Shown here one piece after another: positions 1 through 13,212 of a DNA stretch of 39,469 nt (position 1 is the stretch's first letter; the number at the start of each line of letters is the position of its first letter). A model generated the notes under the pieces. It was not told where the DNA came from and made no database searches. It was given only the letters and a program-made list of their open reading frames with translations. The translations under genes were made by a program, and so were the position numbers. Source of the stretch: Patescibacteria group bacterium (GTDB lineage: Bacteria; Patescibacteriota; Minisyncoccia; Phycocordibacterales; SBAW01); assembly GCA_028864875.1 (NCBI GenBank), contig JAGWLV010000003.1, positions 1 through 39,469 on the forward strand, read 5' to 3'.

Positions 1-919
<919 letters not shown>

Positions 920-1096
920 GAATTCAGTTCTTGAATCTAGTCTCGATTGAACGGAACAAGAGAAAATTGTGTTTCCTCTTATTGCCTTCCCTGTTTATTT
1001 GGAAGGTCTTGCTTCGCCCCCTTACCCAGGGGGCATTTCGATCGGTGTGATCGTTCTTCCAAAAACCCTGGCGGCTTTCAGAAGTTTTTATTCGTT

Positions 1097-1129
1097 GTTG
1101 TCAAAAAACAGACCCGCCAGGGCGGGTCT
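1097..1129 (-). promoter_or_regulatory. boxB-like hairpin plus boxA-like element in the 16S leader
   Basis: Minus-strand hairpin AGACCCGCC-CT-GGCGGGTCT followed by TGTTTTTTGACAAC. A similar pair occurs in the 23S leader. Confidence 0.6.
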
Positions 1130-1170
1130 CCTAGAACAAGAGATATACCAACCTAGTAAGTCATACAGCC

Positions 1171-1198
1171 AGTATACGCGCCCACGCGTGTGTGTCAA
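1171..1198 (-). promoter_or_regulatory. sigma70 promoter of the 16S gene
   Basis: TTGACA (1193-1198), 16-bp spacer, TATACT (1171-1176). Confidence 0.85.
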
Positions 1199-1222
1199 AC
1201 CCGCCTTGCCGACAAGGCAGGT
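1199..1222. repeat. REP-like short palindrome
   Basis: ACCCGCCTTG-CCGA-CAAGGCAGGT imperfect hairpin without a U-tract. Confidence 0.4.
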
Positions 1223-1228
1223 GAACAG

Positions 1229-1265
1229 AAAAAGGCCGCCGGACTAGTCCGGCGGCCTTTATTTT
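1229..1265. terminator. intrinsic terminator, probably bidirectional
   Basis: Perfect 30-bp palindrome AAAGGCCGCCGGACTAGTCCGGCGGCCTTT (1231-1260) just past the stop of the 1279 ORF. Confidence 0.8.
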
Positions 1266-1278
1266 CAAAGAGGTTTGT

Positions 1279-1776
1279 CTATTGGCGCGCCCTCGGCGCA
1301 TCAATACCGGGTTGTACCAGTGGCGTCTGCCCACCATAAAACCGTGTGAGCATCGGATCGGGCTCGACGCCCGCCTCCATGCACGCAGCTTTGGCCAGTG
1401 CGACCCACCCATTCGGCCCCAGGGCAGTGTGGTGGGCCAGCGCGAGGTTAGCTAGCGGCGCGAGGTCGCCCAAGTCGAGAACCCTCGCCACATCCAGCAA
1501 AATCCAGGAATTCCAGCGCTCTTTGACCAGGATTTTGCAGACCGTGTCTTCAAACACGCGGGCTTGGTATGTCTGCGGGAGCTTCGAAAAGTGCTCGAGC
1601 ACAGGCAACCATATGCTTGCATAACAGCTCGTGTGTAGAATTATCTGCAGCTCCTCGCTATGCATGATACACACCGTGAGGAGCTCGCCTACATTGGCCG
1701 CAGTAGCATGGCCTTTTATGGCCGCCAGATTTCTTTGAATTAAGCCCAGCACCTCACTTTGTTGTTTCTGGTCCAT
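1279..1776 (-). CDS. hypothetical protein (about 165 aa, orphan)
   Basis: Start re-called at ATG 1776 (MDQKQQ...) with SD GGAGGG at 1781-1786. Upstream TTGAAA-17-TACAAC promoter candidate and downstream terminator. Confidence 0.65.
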   Translation of the reverse strand: MDQKQQSEVLGLIQRNLAAIKGHATAANVGELLTVCIMHSEELQIILHTSCYASIWLPVLEHFSKLPQTYQARVFEDTVCKILVKERWNSWILLDVARVLDLGDLAPLANLALAHHTALGPNGWVALAKAACMEAGVEPDPMLTRFYGGQTPLVQPGIDAPRARQ

Positions 1777-1855
1777 CACGCCCTCCAAGATTGGCCGCCC
1801 GAGCGGCATAATCCAGCCGCAGTAGTTGTACTCTCTCTTGGAACATTTTTCAAGC

Positions 1856-1894
1856 AAAGAAAAAGGGCGGCCAAGGTAGAGGAGGAGGCCGCCC
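1856..1894 (-). terminator. intrinsic terminator with C-rich loop
   Basis: GGGCGGCC-TCCTCCTCTACCTT-GGCCGCCC followed by TTTTTCTTT on the minus strand. Confidence 0.7.
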
Positions 1895-1994
1895 AGTTTA
1901 AACGCCACGCGGGAGGAACCTGCTACGAAACCAAGAGCTCTTAATCCGAGTATCCCCCGTTTGCCCCCACCCTGTCCACAGGGTTTATCCCCAA

Positions 1995-2897
1995 TTACTT
2001 TTTGGCTTGCCAGCCCTCCCAGGCCACGAGGAGCGGCGAGGCGAAGAAGATAGACGAGTAGGTGCCCACTATCATGCCCACCGCGAGTGTGAGCGCGAAT
2101 GCCTTGGTCGATGCCGGCCCAAAGGTATAGAGGCACACAAGCACGATGACGACGGTGAGGCTCGTGTTGATAGACCGGGCCAAAGTTTGTCTGATAGAGC
2201 GCCCGACAATGTCGCCAAAGCGCTCGCTTGCGCCGCGCGCGTGGGAGAGGCTCAAGTTTTCGCGGATGCGGTCAAAGACGACAATCTTGTCGTTGATAGA
2301 AATACCGAGAATGGTGAGGAGCGCGACAATAAAGAGTGCGTCGACTTCCGCACCGCGGAAGTGGCCGAGCGCCGCAAACACACCGACCGGAATGAGCGCA
2401 TCAAACAAGAGCGCGATGATGGCGACAACGCCGTACTTCCACGACGCGACCGGCCGCGAGACCTTGCGGAATGCGAAGGCGATAAACGCAACGATGAGGA
2501 GGAGAGCGAGACCTATCGCTATCCACGCTTTCTGAAGGAGCTCCGCGCCGATCGAGGGACCGACGGTGGTGAACTCCTCTTCGTGCACGGCGCCCACGTG
2601 GCCGAGCGCGGCAATAAATTGATTGTGCTCGTCGTTGGAGAGCGCCTTGGTGCGGATGATAAAGCCTGCGCTGCCTGTGGGCTGCACGCGCACCTCGCCG
2701 AAATTAAGCGGCGCTGTGGCGCTCTGTATCTGCGCCACGGTCGGCACCGGAGTGTTGTAGCTCACCTGGATGAGCGAGCCGCCCGTGAGATCAATCCCCA
2801 TGTTGAGCCCCCAGACTACAAGTGAGGCGAGCGCCGCGAGGACGAGGAGCCCCGGGAAGATAAAGTGCACAGCAAGATTTTTTTGGAAATTAAACAT
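1995..2897 (-). CDS. secF: protein translocase subunit SecF
   Basis: GLNMGIDLTGG, TVGPSIGAEL, GISINDKIVVFDRIREN and RSINTS motifs; six TM segments. Confidence 0.97.
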   Translation of the reverse strand: MFNFQKNLAVHFIFPGLLVLAALASLVVWGLNMGIDLTGGSLIQVSYNTPVPTVAQIQSATAPLNFGEVRVQPTGSAGFIIRTKALSNDEHNQFIAALGHVGAVHEEEFTTVGPSIGAELLQKAWIAIGLALLLIVAFIAFAFRKVSRPVASWKYGVVAIIALLFDALIPVGVFAALGHFRGAEVDALFIVALLTILGISINDKIVVFDRIRENLSLSHARGASERFGDIVGRSIRQTLARSINTSLTVVIVLVCLYTFGPASTKAFALTLAVGMIVGTYSSIFFASPLLVAWEGWQAKK

Positions 2898-2900
2898 ACG

Positions 2901-4232
2901 TTAGCGGTTGAGACCCGAACGCATGAGGAAGCGGCCGATGCCCGCGGTTGCGCGCAGCGGGAGCGCGAGCAGGAACGTGCGCGAGATAACGACCGCCGAG
3001 AGCATCGATACCACAACGCCGAGCCCGAATACAAGCGCAAAGCCTTTGATGAGCGACGTGCCGAACCAGAAGAGTATCACCGCGGCGATGATGTGCGCGA
3101 TGTTGGAATCGCGGATTGCGGTCCATGCGCGGATAAAGCCCTCGCGAATCGCCTCTTTGGTTTCCTTGCCCGCGGCGAGTTCCTCTTTGGTGCGCTCGGC
3201 GATGAGGATGTTGGCATCCACCGCAAGACCGACCGAGAGGATAAAGCCCGCGATGCCGGCCGCGGTGAGCACGACAGGGATGAGCTTGAAGACGGCGAGC
3301 ATGAGTATGACGTAAATAGCCAACGATACCGAGGCGACGAGCCCGGGGAGCCGGTACCACAGCACCATAAAGGCCGCCACGATGAGGAGCCCGATGAGCC
3401 CCGCATACACGCCCGCGCGCAGCGCCTGTTCCCCCAGTGTTGCGCCGATGCTCTGGGTCGACGCAAGCTCGATGGGCACCGGAAGTGCCCCGAGGTTGAG
3501 GTTGCTCACCATCTGTTTTGCAGCCTGCGCGGTAAAGTTGCCTGAAATAACCGCGGTGCCGTCGGTTATTTTGTCCTGGATGACAGGCGCGGAGATGAGG
3601 TTGCCGTCGAGGAAGATGGCTAGCTCGCGCCCGACGTTGGCACTCGTGATGTCGCCAAAGAGCTTGGCGCCGTCGCCATTAAACTCAATGCGCACCGCCG
3701 GCGTCGAAACTCCCTGTCCGTTGCCGAATTGCAGCGCGGCATGCGAGAGGTACTTGCCCGTGAGCCCCGTGTCGGCAAATGCCGCCGGGTTGGGCACCAC
3801 CTTGCCCGAGGAGTCGGTAATCGTGAGATTATTTTCGGAGCCCTTGTTGACGAGTTTAAACTCCAGAAGCGGCGTCTGCCCGATGAGCGCGACGGCTTGG
3901 TTGATGTCAGTCACGCCGGGGAGCTCAACGACAAGCCGGTACTGCCCCCCGCCGAGCGCGCCGCCCTGTTCGACCTGGACGTTGGGCTCGCCGACGCCAA
4001 AGGCGTTGACGCGCCGCTCGATGACGGCCTGGAGCGTTGAGAGGTCACCCGCGATGTCCGCGGACTGCAACTTGCTCGTGTCGGCGTTGTAGACAAGTTG
4101 CGTGCCCCCCGAGAGGTCGAGCCCGAGCTTAAAGTCGAAGCGCCCGTGGAGCCCGGTGGTGCTCAATACAAAAAAGCCCAAGGCGCCCGCGGCGAGGATA
4201 ATCAAAACAGCGGTGTACCGGGTCCAAAACAT
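2901..4232 (-). CDS. secD: protein translocase subunit SecD
   Basis: LGLDLSGG, IERRVNAFGVGEP, LVVELPG, ISAPVIQ, GALPVP, GLAVDANILIAERTKEE and DSN motifs. Start re-called at MFWTRY (4232). Confidence 0.97.
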   Translation of the reverse strand: MFWTRYTAVLIILAAGALGFFVLSTTGLHGRFDFKLGLDLSGGTQLVYNADTSKLQSADIAGDLSTLQAVIERRVNAFGVGEPNVQVEQGGALGGGQYRLVVELPGVTDINQAVALIGQTPLLEFKLVNKGSENNLTITDSSGKVVPNPAAFADTGLTGKYLSHAALQFGNGQGVSTPAVRIEFNGDGAKLFGDITSANVGRELAIFLDGNLISAPVIQDKITDGTAVISGNFTAQAAKQMVSNLNLGALPVPIELASTQSIGATLGEQALRAGVYAGLIGLLIVAAFMVLWYRLPGLVASVSLAIYVILMLAVFKLIPVVLTAAGIAGFILSVGLAVDANILIAERTKEELAAGKETKEAIREGFIRAWTAIRDSNIAHIIAAVILFWFGTSLIKGFALVFGLGVVVSMLSAVVISRTFLLALPLRATAGIGRFLMRSGLNR

Positions 4233-4374
4233 GAGCCCAAGAGTATCGAAAATATCTATAAAAGACAAGGCCCCGCCCGCGTGGTACAAGTACCTGCAAG
4301 CGGGGCCCGGTCACGCACCGGTGTTAAGAGGTCCACGAGGGATCCCGCGGCGCGCAACGGGACTACTATATCAC

Positions 4375-5442
4375 TTATAGCTTGCTGCGGCGCAGGTGGG
4401 ACGGGACGAACTCTTCGTATGCACCGTCGGTGTAGTAGAAGGCGTCAAAGGACGGGTGGGTGTAGCGGTAGCCGCGCTCGCGCGTGAGTTTGCTCCCGTC
4501 GACGGCAATGGGGTATGAATACCCTTTCCACGCGCCGCGGCCCGTCGGCACGCGACCGCGGCTGAGGTGCCAGAGTACAAAGAACGCCGCGCGCACAAGA
4601 TAGGGGTGCACGCGCACCAAGCGCTTGCCCGCGGCGCGCGCCATGTCCTCGCCCAAGACAACAGGCCCGGGTGGACAGATATTGTACACATTGAACTCGC
4701 CGTAGCGCGGTGCGCCAAAGGCCAAGATCTCGACAATGCTCACCACATCATCCTCGTGGATGAACTGCCGGCACCACTTTTTTGTCACCGGCACCACCGC
4801 GGTCAAAAGCGAGACGATGCGGTAGATACCGCCGCGCAACTGTCCCATGAGCGCGCTTTGGAGTCCGAAGCGCACCCGCATGTAGCGCCCCCGCGGCCCG
4901 GTGATAGCCGCGGGGCGCACGACATCGACTTGGATGTCTTTGTTGGCGCGGGTGTCCCACAGCGCGCGCAGGCGCTCTTCGGCAACGCGCTTTTCTTCCG
5001 CGTAGCGATAGTCGGTTGTGCGGAAGGGCTCGCTTTCAGTGAAGCGGTGTTCGATGGTGTTGTCCGGAAATGCGCCGTAGGACGCCACGGTCGAAAAGTA
5101 GACGAGCCGCTCTACGTGCGGGTGGTTGAACGCGTAGCGGAATACTTTTTCCGACCCGTCGATGTTGGAGCGCCACTCCTCGTCTTGCTTGCCGTACATT
5201 TCGCGTATCTGCCACGCGGCATGGATAACAACGTCCGGGTGATACGGCTCGACACCGGACTCCCACTCGTCGGCGACGTTGCGCTCTATATATATGAGTT
5301 TGTCGGTCCCGCGCAAAAACTCCGGCTCGGGCTCTTTATCAAGAGCAATTACGCGTTCAACGTCTTCTCGCGCGGAAAAGTGCCTGCAGAGCATCGCTCC
5401 AACGTAGCCCGCCGCTCCCGTGATGAGTATTGTGTGCTTCAT
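4375..5442 (-). CDS. NAD-dependent epimerase/dehydratase (extended SDR)
   Basis: TGAAGYVG Rossmann motif, HAA, YxxxK (YAEEK), VRPAAI and FIHEDDV. Confidence 0.92.
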   Translation of the reverse strand: MKHTILITGAAGYVGAMLCRHFSAREDVERVIALDKEPEPEFLRGTDKLIYIERNVADEWESGVEPYHPDVVIHAAWQIREMYGKQDEEWRSNIDGSEKVFRYAFNHPHVERLVYFSTVASYGAFPDNTIEHRFTESEPFRTTDYRYAEEKRVAEERLRALWDTRANKDIQVDVVRPAAITGPRGRYMRVRFGLQSALMGQLRGGIYRIVSLLTAVVPVTKKWCRQFIHEDDVVSIVEILAFGAPRYGEFNVYNICPPGPVVLGEDMARAAGKRLVRVHPYLVRAAFFVLWHLSRGRVPTGRGAWKGYSYPIAVDGSKLTRERGYRYTHPSFDAFYYTDGAYEEFVPSHLRRSKL

Positions 5443-5445
5443 ACG

Positions 5446-6819
5446 CTACCAGTCGCTTACGCGAAAGAGCATCCGTTTAAACGTTTTGAGCGCAATGATG
5501 AGGTCGAGCGTAAGTGAGCGGTTTTTTATGTAATAGAAGTCGTACGCGAGGCGCATCTTCGTCTCCTCGACCGATTGCGGGGAAATGTTGCCCGGCTCGT
5601 AGCGCTGGTTAATCTGCGCCCAACCGGTGATGCCCGGCGTGACCGTGTAGCGCACACTGTAGTACGGAATCTCGCTCGCGAGGCGGGCGCCCAAGCCCAC
5701 AATATCGTTGCGAGGTCCGATGAGGGAGAGCTGTCCGCGCAACACGTTGATGAACTGGGGGAATTCGTCGAGGCTCGTGCGCCGCAAAAAAGAGCCCACG
5801 CGCGTCACGGGGTTGTGCGCTTTCTCCTCCGTCGTCCACTCCCCGCTTGCAGCCTTGTTCAGCCGCATACTGCGGAACTTGTAGGCGCGCATAATTTCGC
5901 CGAAGCGGCCGATGCGCTCCTGGGCGATGAACACGGGCCCCGGCCCCTCAAACTTCATTGCGATGAACACAAACGGCGTGATGACGAGCGTGATGAGTCC
6001 CATGACGACACCGCCGAGAAGGTCGGTAACCGCTTTGAAGAACATGTACGCGCCCCCGCCTGCGATTTCTACATTGCGGAAGAACCAGTCGTAACGCAGC
6101 AGGGAGAGCGGCACGCGGTCGAAGATATCTTCGTAGAGGCGGTAAAAGTTTTCAAACTGGTAGCGATGCACGACGAGCGCGAGATCATACACCCGCGGCA
6201 AGGCCGCGCGCAGCGCGTCGTGCTCGGCATCAACAACAAGCAGCGACACCTTGGAGCGCTCGAGCTCGCGGGCAAAATCTTCGAAATTATTCTTTACCCG
6301 CGCGACACCCGCAACGACCTTGAAGCATATCGGGTAGCGCGGGTTGTTGTTGACTTCCGCGACGAGCTCATCGACTTCGGTCCCCTCACCGATGAGCGCC
6401 GCGTTGGTACGGAAGCCGCGCGCCGAGATGAGGCCAAACAGCCACAACCGCCACAGACAAATAAGCGCAAGCGAGATGATGAGGTAGATGACAAGAGTGG
6501 TTTTGGGCGCGATGCCGACTGCAGGAGTCAAGAAAAAGAAGAGTGCCGCGAGCGTGATGTTGAGGAGTTGCGTGCGCACGATGGCCCCCCACAGCTGCGT
6601 GCGGAACCAGATAACCTGCTTGCCATAGAGTCCCGCCATATAGAAGACAAGCGCCCACGCAACAAACAAGACGCCGAAGGGCACTGAGTACGGAGCGAGG
6701 GTCTCCCGGGTCGGGAGCGCCCCGTAGCGCAAAAGGAGAGTCAGCCACAAAGACACGCAAAAAACGGCGATATCGCCTATAAAAAGGAGAACGGTGGCTT
6801 TCCTGCCACTTACGCGCAT
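5446..6819 (-). CDS. polyprenyl-phosphate glycosylphosphotransferase (bacterial sugar transferase, WcaJ-like)
   Basis: Four N-terminal TM segments plus YKFRSM, VTRVGSFLRRTSLDEFPQ, GPR, PGITGWAQIN and YDFYYIKN. Confidence 0.93.
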   Translation of the reverse strand: MRVSGRKATVLLFIGDIAVFCVSLWLTLLLRYGALPTRETLAPYSVPFGVLFVAWALVFYMAGLYGKQVIWFRTQLWGAIVRTQLLNITLAALFFFLTPAVGIAPKTTLVIYLIISLALICLWRLWLFGLISARGFRTNAALIGEGTEVDELVAEVNNNPRYPICFKVVAGVARVKNNFEDFARELERSKVSLLVVDAEHDALRAALPRVYDLALVVHRYQFENFYRLYEDIFDRVPLSLLRYDWFFRNVEIAGGGAYMFFKAVTDLLGGVVMGLITLVITPFVFIAMKFEGPGPVFIAQERIGRFGEIMRAYKFRSMRLNKAASGEWTTEEKAHNPVTRVGSFLRRTSLDEFPQFINVLRGQLSLIGPRNDIVGLGARLASEIPYYSVRYTVTPGITGWAQINQRYEPGNISPQSVEETKMRLAYDFYYIKNRSLTLDLIIALKTFKRMLFRVSDW

Positions 6820-6895
6820 TGTGGTATGGTTATATCCTACTAAGGGACCCGGGTAAACCCGTCAAAAGCCCGTTGTCCCGTATAACTATTTTGGC

Positions 6896-8023
6896 ATGAA
6901 AAAGGTTCTGTATGTAATCACCAAGAGCAATTGGGGTGGCGCGCAGCGCTACGTTTTTGATATGGCCACGGCGGCCAAGGCTGCAGGGCTCGAGCCGGTG
7001 GTCGTCTACGGCGGGGCGGGTGAGCTTGCGACCAAGCTCTACAGCACGGGCATCCGCGGCATCGAGGTACCGGGGCTCGGGCGCAACGTATCTGTCGCTG
7101 ATGTGGGCGTATACCGGAGTTTGCGCGCACTGTTTGAAGAGGAGCGGCCGGACGTCGTCCACCTCAACTCATCAAAGATCGGCATTTTGGGCGCCATAGC
7201 CGCGCGCGTGAGCGCAGTCCCGCGCATCATCTTTACCGCGCACGGGTGGGCGTTTAATGAGCCGCGCCCGCTGTGGCAGCGCGGCGCCATTTGGTGTGCG
7301 CACTACCTCTCGGTCCTCCTGTGCGACGTGACGATTGCAGTCTCGCAGGCTGTTGTGCGCGACGCGCGCACCATGCCGTTTGTCGGGCGCAAGATCACGC
7401 TCATATACAACGGGCTCGCTCAGCCGGAATTCCTTTCACAAACAGACGCGCGCGTCGCGCTCGCCGGAAAGCTTGCGCCGGGGACGGCGCTGTCTCCCAC
7501 AAGCATGTGGCTGGGCACAATCGCGGAGCTCAATTGGAACAAGGGCCTCCACCACCTCATCCGCGCCGCGGGGCTCCTTGCGCGCAGAGGGTACGACTTT
7601 GTGCTCGCTATTATGGGCGAAGGGCAGGAGCGCGGTTTTCTCGAGACACTCATTCAGGAAGAAAAATTGGAAAACCGCGTCTTGTTGCTCGGGCATGTCG
7701 AGAACGCGGCGCGCTACCTTAAAGCGCTCGACATCTTCGTACTCCCCTCCCACACCGAGGCGCTCTCCTACGCGCTTATTGAAGCGGGGTACGCGGGACT
7801 CCCCGCCACGGCGACGCACGTCGGGGGCATACCTGAAATTCTAGAAAATGAGGTGAGCGGGCTCCTGGTGGCGCGAGACGACCCGCGCGCGCTCGAAGGG
7901 GGGCTTGAGCGCCTGCTGCGGGATGCAACGCTACGCGCGCGCTTGGGCCAGGCACTGCAAAAAACCGTGCGCGAGAAGTTCAATCTCTCGCGCATGCACG
8001 AACAGACGCTCGCGCTCTACTAG
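6896..8023 (+). CDS. glycosyltransferase family 4
   Basis: GGAQRYV, PDVVHLNSSK, TAHGW, IYNG, DIFVLPSHTEALSYALIEA and VGGIPE. Confidence 0.93.
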   Translation: MKKVLYVITKSNWGGAQRYVFDMATAAKAAGLEPVVVYGGAGELATKLYSTGIRGIEVPGLGRNVSVADVGVYRSLRALFEEERPDVVHLNSSKIGILGAIAARVSAVPRIIFTAHGWAFNEPRPLWQRGAIWCAHYLSVLLCDVTIAVSQAVVRDARTMPFVGRKITLIYNGLAQPEFLSQTDARVALAGKLAPGTALSPTSMWLGTIAELNWNKGLHHLIRAAGLLARRGYDFVLAIMGEGQERGFLETLIQEEKLENRVLLLGHVENAARYLKALDIFVLPSHTEALSYALIEAGYAGLPATATHVGGIPEILENEVSGLLVARDDPRALEGGLERLLRDATLRARLGQALQKTVREKFNLSRMHEQTLALY

Positions 8024-8024
8024 C

Positions 8025-9176
8025 CTAGCGCAGGATTCCCTTGAGCGCGTCGTAGCCACCTTGCCAGTCGCGCTCGAGGGATTCGGGGTGCGCGGCGCGC
8101 GCGTAGCGGCTCATCCCCGAGAGCATGCCGAGCGCGAGGAACTCGACGAGAAGGTGGCTCCCGCCGTAGCTCATAAATGGAATGGTGGTGCCGGTGACCG
8201 GCAGGAGGCCCATGTTGATGCCAACGTGGAGGATGACGTGCGCCATGAGCCACGAGAGCACACCGAGCGCGAAGAGGGTCTCAAAGTTCGATGCCCCACG
8301 CGAAGCTGCGCGCAACATCCGCCACGCGAGGATGCCGTAGAGCCCCAGTAAAAGCACGACGCCGAGGAACCCCCACTCTTCGGCAAAGGCCGCGAAGATA
8401 AAGTCGGTTTGGAACTGCGGGAGGAAACGCAGGCGGCTCTGCGTGCCGTACCCTATCCCCTTGCCGAGAAGTTGCCCCGAGCCGACGGCGACCGTCGACT
8501 GGTACGCGTTGTAGCCCGCCCCGTGCACATCGGTCGGATTGAAAAAGGAGATGATGCGCTGTTTTTGATAGTCGTGAAAGCCGAAGAACCACAAACCCCC
8601 AAAGAGGACGAGCCCTGCGCCGATGACCGCAAACAGGTGCGTGCGCGAGAGTCCCGACAAGAGCGCCATCCCGAACCAAATGCACGCAATGATGACCGCC
8701 GAGCCGAAGTCGGGCTGGAGCGTCACGAGCATAAAGAGCACCCCCGCGTAGGCGCCGGAGACCAGAATGTGGCGGATGTTGGCAATCTCGATGTGCCGGC
8801 GGGAGAAGTATTTTGCCAGGAGCACAATGAGGGCGAGTTTGGCCAACTCGGTGGGCTGCAGTCCTACGCCGCCGAGGTCAAACCAACTCTTGGCCCCTTG
8901 CGCTGTGTGGCCGACAACGACGAGGAGTCCGAGGAGTGCAACCACTGCGAGCCAGAACCCGAGCGCCACCCCGGTGCGTCGCAGAAAGCGCCAGTCGATG
9001 CGGCTTGCAGTAAAAAAGACTATAAGTCCGATACCTATCCAAAGCGCCTGGCGCACAAAGAAGGGGTCTTGCGGCTCAAAGGATGTCATCGTAGTGAGCC
9101 CCAAGAATGAGAGTGCGAGCGCGCAGAGGAGCGCCACCCAGTCTATGTAGGAAGGGCGGGCGGGGACAAGCGGCAT
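8025..9176 (-). CDS. rodA: rod shape-determining protein RodA (SEDS peptidoglycan glycosyltransferase)
   Basis: GAKSW, QPTELAK, QPDFGS, YQKQRI, GYNAYQS, TDFIFAAFAEEWG and PVTGTTIPFMSYGGS. Confidence 0.93.
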   Translation of the reverse strand: MPLVPARPSYIDWVALLCALALSFLGLTTMTSFEPQDPFFVRQALWIGIGLIVFFTASRIDWRFLRRTGVALGFWLAVVALLGLLVVVGHTAQGAKSWFDLGGVGLQPTELAKLALIVLLAKYFSRRHIEIANIRHILVSGAYAGVLFMLVTLQPDFGSAVIIACIWFGMALLSGLSRTHLFAVIGAGLVLFGGLWFFGFHDYQKQRIISFFNPTDVHGAGYNAYQSTVAVGSGQLLGKGIGYGTQSRLRFLPQFQTDFIFAAFAEEWGFLGVVLLLGLYGILAWRMLRAASRGASNFETLFALGVLSWLMAHVILHVGINMGLLPVTGTTIPFMSYGGSHLLVEFLALGMLSGMSRYARAAHPESLERDWQGGYDALKGILR

Positions 9177-9177
9177 A

Positions 9178-9924
9178 CTAAAAACTTGGGAGCACCACCA
9201 CCTCGGCGCGTACTATGTTTTGTACGCCGCCCGGCCATGTAAAGACCAGCGGTTCATCGCTCTTTTTGAGTAACCGCTCCAGCACAGTGATGGAGGCCCC
9301 GCGCGCAGTGCCCTGCGTGTCGTAGAGGACCGCCGCGACCGTGACGTGTCGGGCATCCTGCGGAGTCGGGTTGCTTATGGTGACCTCGAGTGTGCTCCCG
9401 TCGGTACTCAAAAGCTGCGAGGAGAGGGGCAGCTGCGGAGTCGTTGTGCGCTCCCACACAGGCTGTACCGCAAAGGAAAAAAGTGTCTTGGTAACGGTGC
9501 GATTGCCGACATTGATGTTGGGCACGACGATGGGGATGTTTTGCGTCGGCGGCAAGTCGACCGTGCCTGTGCGCTCGAGCACGAGCTCGTTTTGGTCGTC
9601 GTAGAGGTCGAAGGTGTAGGGCACACCCTTGGCTCCGGCGCCGGGGTTGCGGTTTTCAATGTACGCGGCGGCGGTGTAGGTGTGGAGACCGGTTTGGAAC
9701 GATCGGCTCCAGAGCACTTGCGCGGGCACGGTCTGGTTGGGGCACAACAAGGCGCAGGTGCCGCCGCAATCGACCCCCGCCTCGGTCCCGTCTTGTTTGT
9801 TGTTAAAGCACGACGGGGCGCTCGTCAAAAAGCTTTCGTACAAAAACACGAGCACGACGAGCGCCGCGATGCCCGCGACCGCGGTATACAACAATTGCCT
9901 GCGCCCGCTCCAGGAAAGTGCCAT
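9178..9924 (-). CDS. membrane-anchored hypothetical protein with CxxxxQDGxExGVDCGGxC motif
   Basis: N-terminal TM segment, Cys-rich motif and beta-rich C-terminal domains. Abuts rodA. TAGAAT lies 6 nt before the ATG. Confidence 0.8.
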   Translation of the reverse strand: MALSWSGRRQLLYTAVAGIAALVVLVFLYESFLTSAPSCFNNKQDGTEAGVDCGGTCALLCPNQTVPAQVLWSRSFQTGLHTYTAAAYIENRNPGAGAKGVPYTFDLYDDQNELVLERTGTVDLPPTQNIPIVVPNINVGNRTVTKTLFSFAVQPVWERTTTPQLPLSSQLLSTDGSTLEVTISNPTPQDARHVTVAAVLYDTQGTARGASITVLERLLKKSDEPLVFTWPGGVQNIVRAEVVVLPSF

Positions 9925-9940
9925 TGAACTATTCTAACGC

Positions 9941-9961
9941 AAAAAGCGCCTTACGGCGCTT
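9941..9961 (-). terminator. terminator after 5S rRNA
   Basis: AAGCGCC-GTAA-GGCGCTT followed by TTT. Confidence 0.75.
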
Positions 9962-9979
9962 GTCGCTTTTAGACCCTCT

Positions 9980-10097
9980 ACTCTGGCGGCTAGCTACTCT
10001 CGCCCTCCGATTAAGAGGACTACCATCGCCGCAAGCGAGCTTAACTTCCGTGTTCGGAATGAGAACGGGTGTGACCCCGCCGCCAAGCCACCAAAGT
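9980..10097 (-). rRNA. rrf: 5S rRNA
   Basis: Reverse complement has GGGGTCACACCCGTTCTCATTCCGAACACGGAAGTTAAGC and GCGATGGTA...GAGAGTAG, with paired terminal stem. Confidence 0.97.
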
Positions 10098-10137
10098 AGA
10101 ACGTCCAAAAAAACTGCACGAGGGTAATAAAACTTCA

Positions 10138-10159
10138 ACCCCTCGACTTCGCTCGGGGT
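10138..10159. repeat. REP-like palindrome in the 23S-5S spacer
   Basis: ACCCC-TCGACTTCGCTC-GGGGT, resembling the CTTCGACTTCGCTCAG-type short palindromic repeats. Confidence 0.45.
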
Positions 10160-10193
10160 AAACAACAAATTATTGCGACTCTCAAGTTTCCGC

Positions 10194-13212
<3,019 letters not shown>

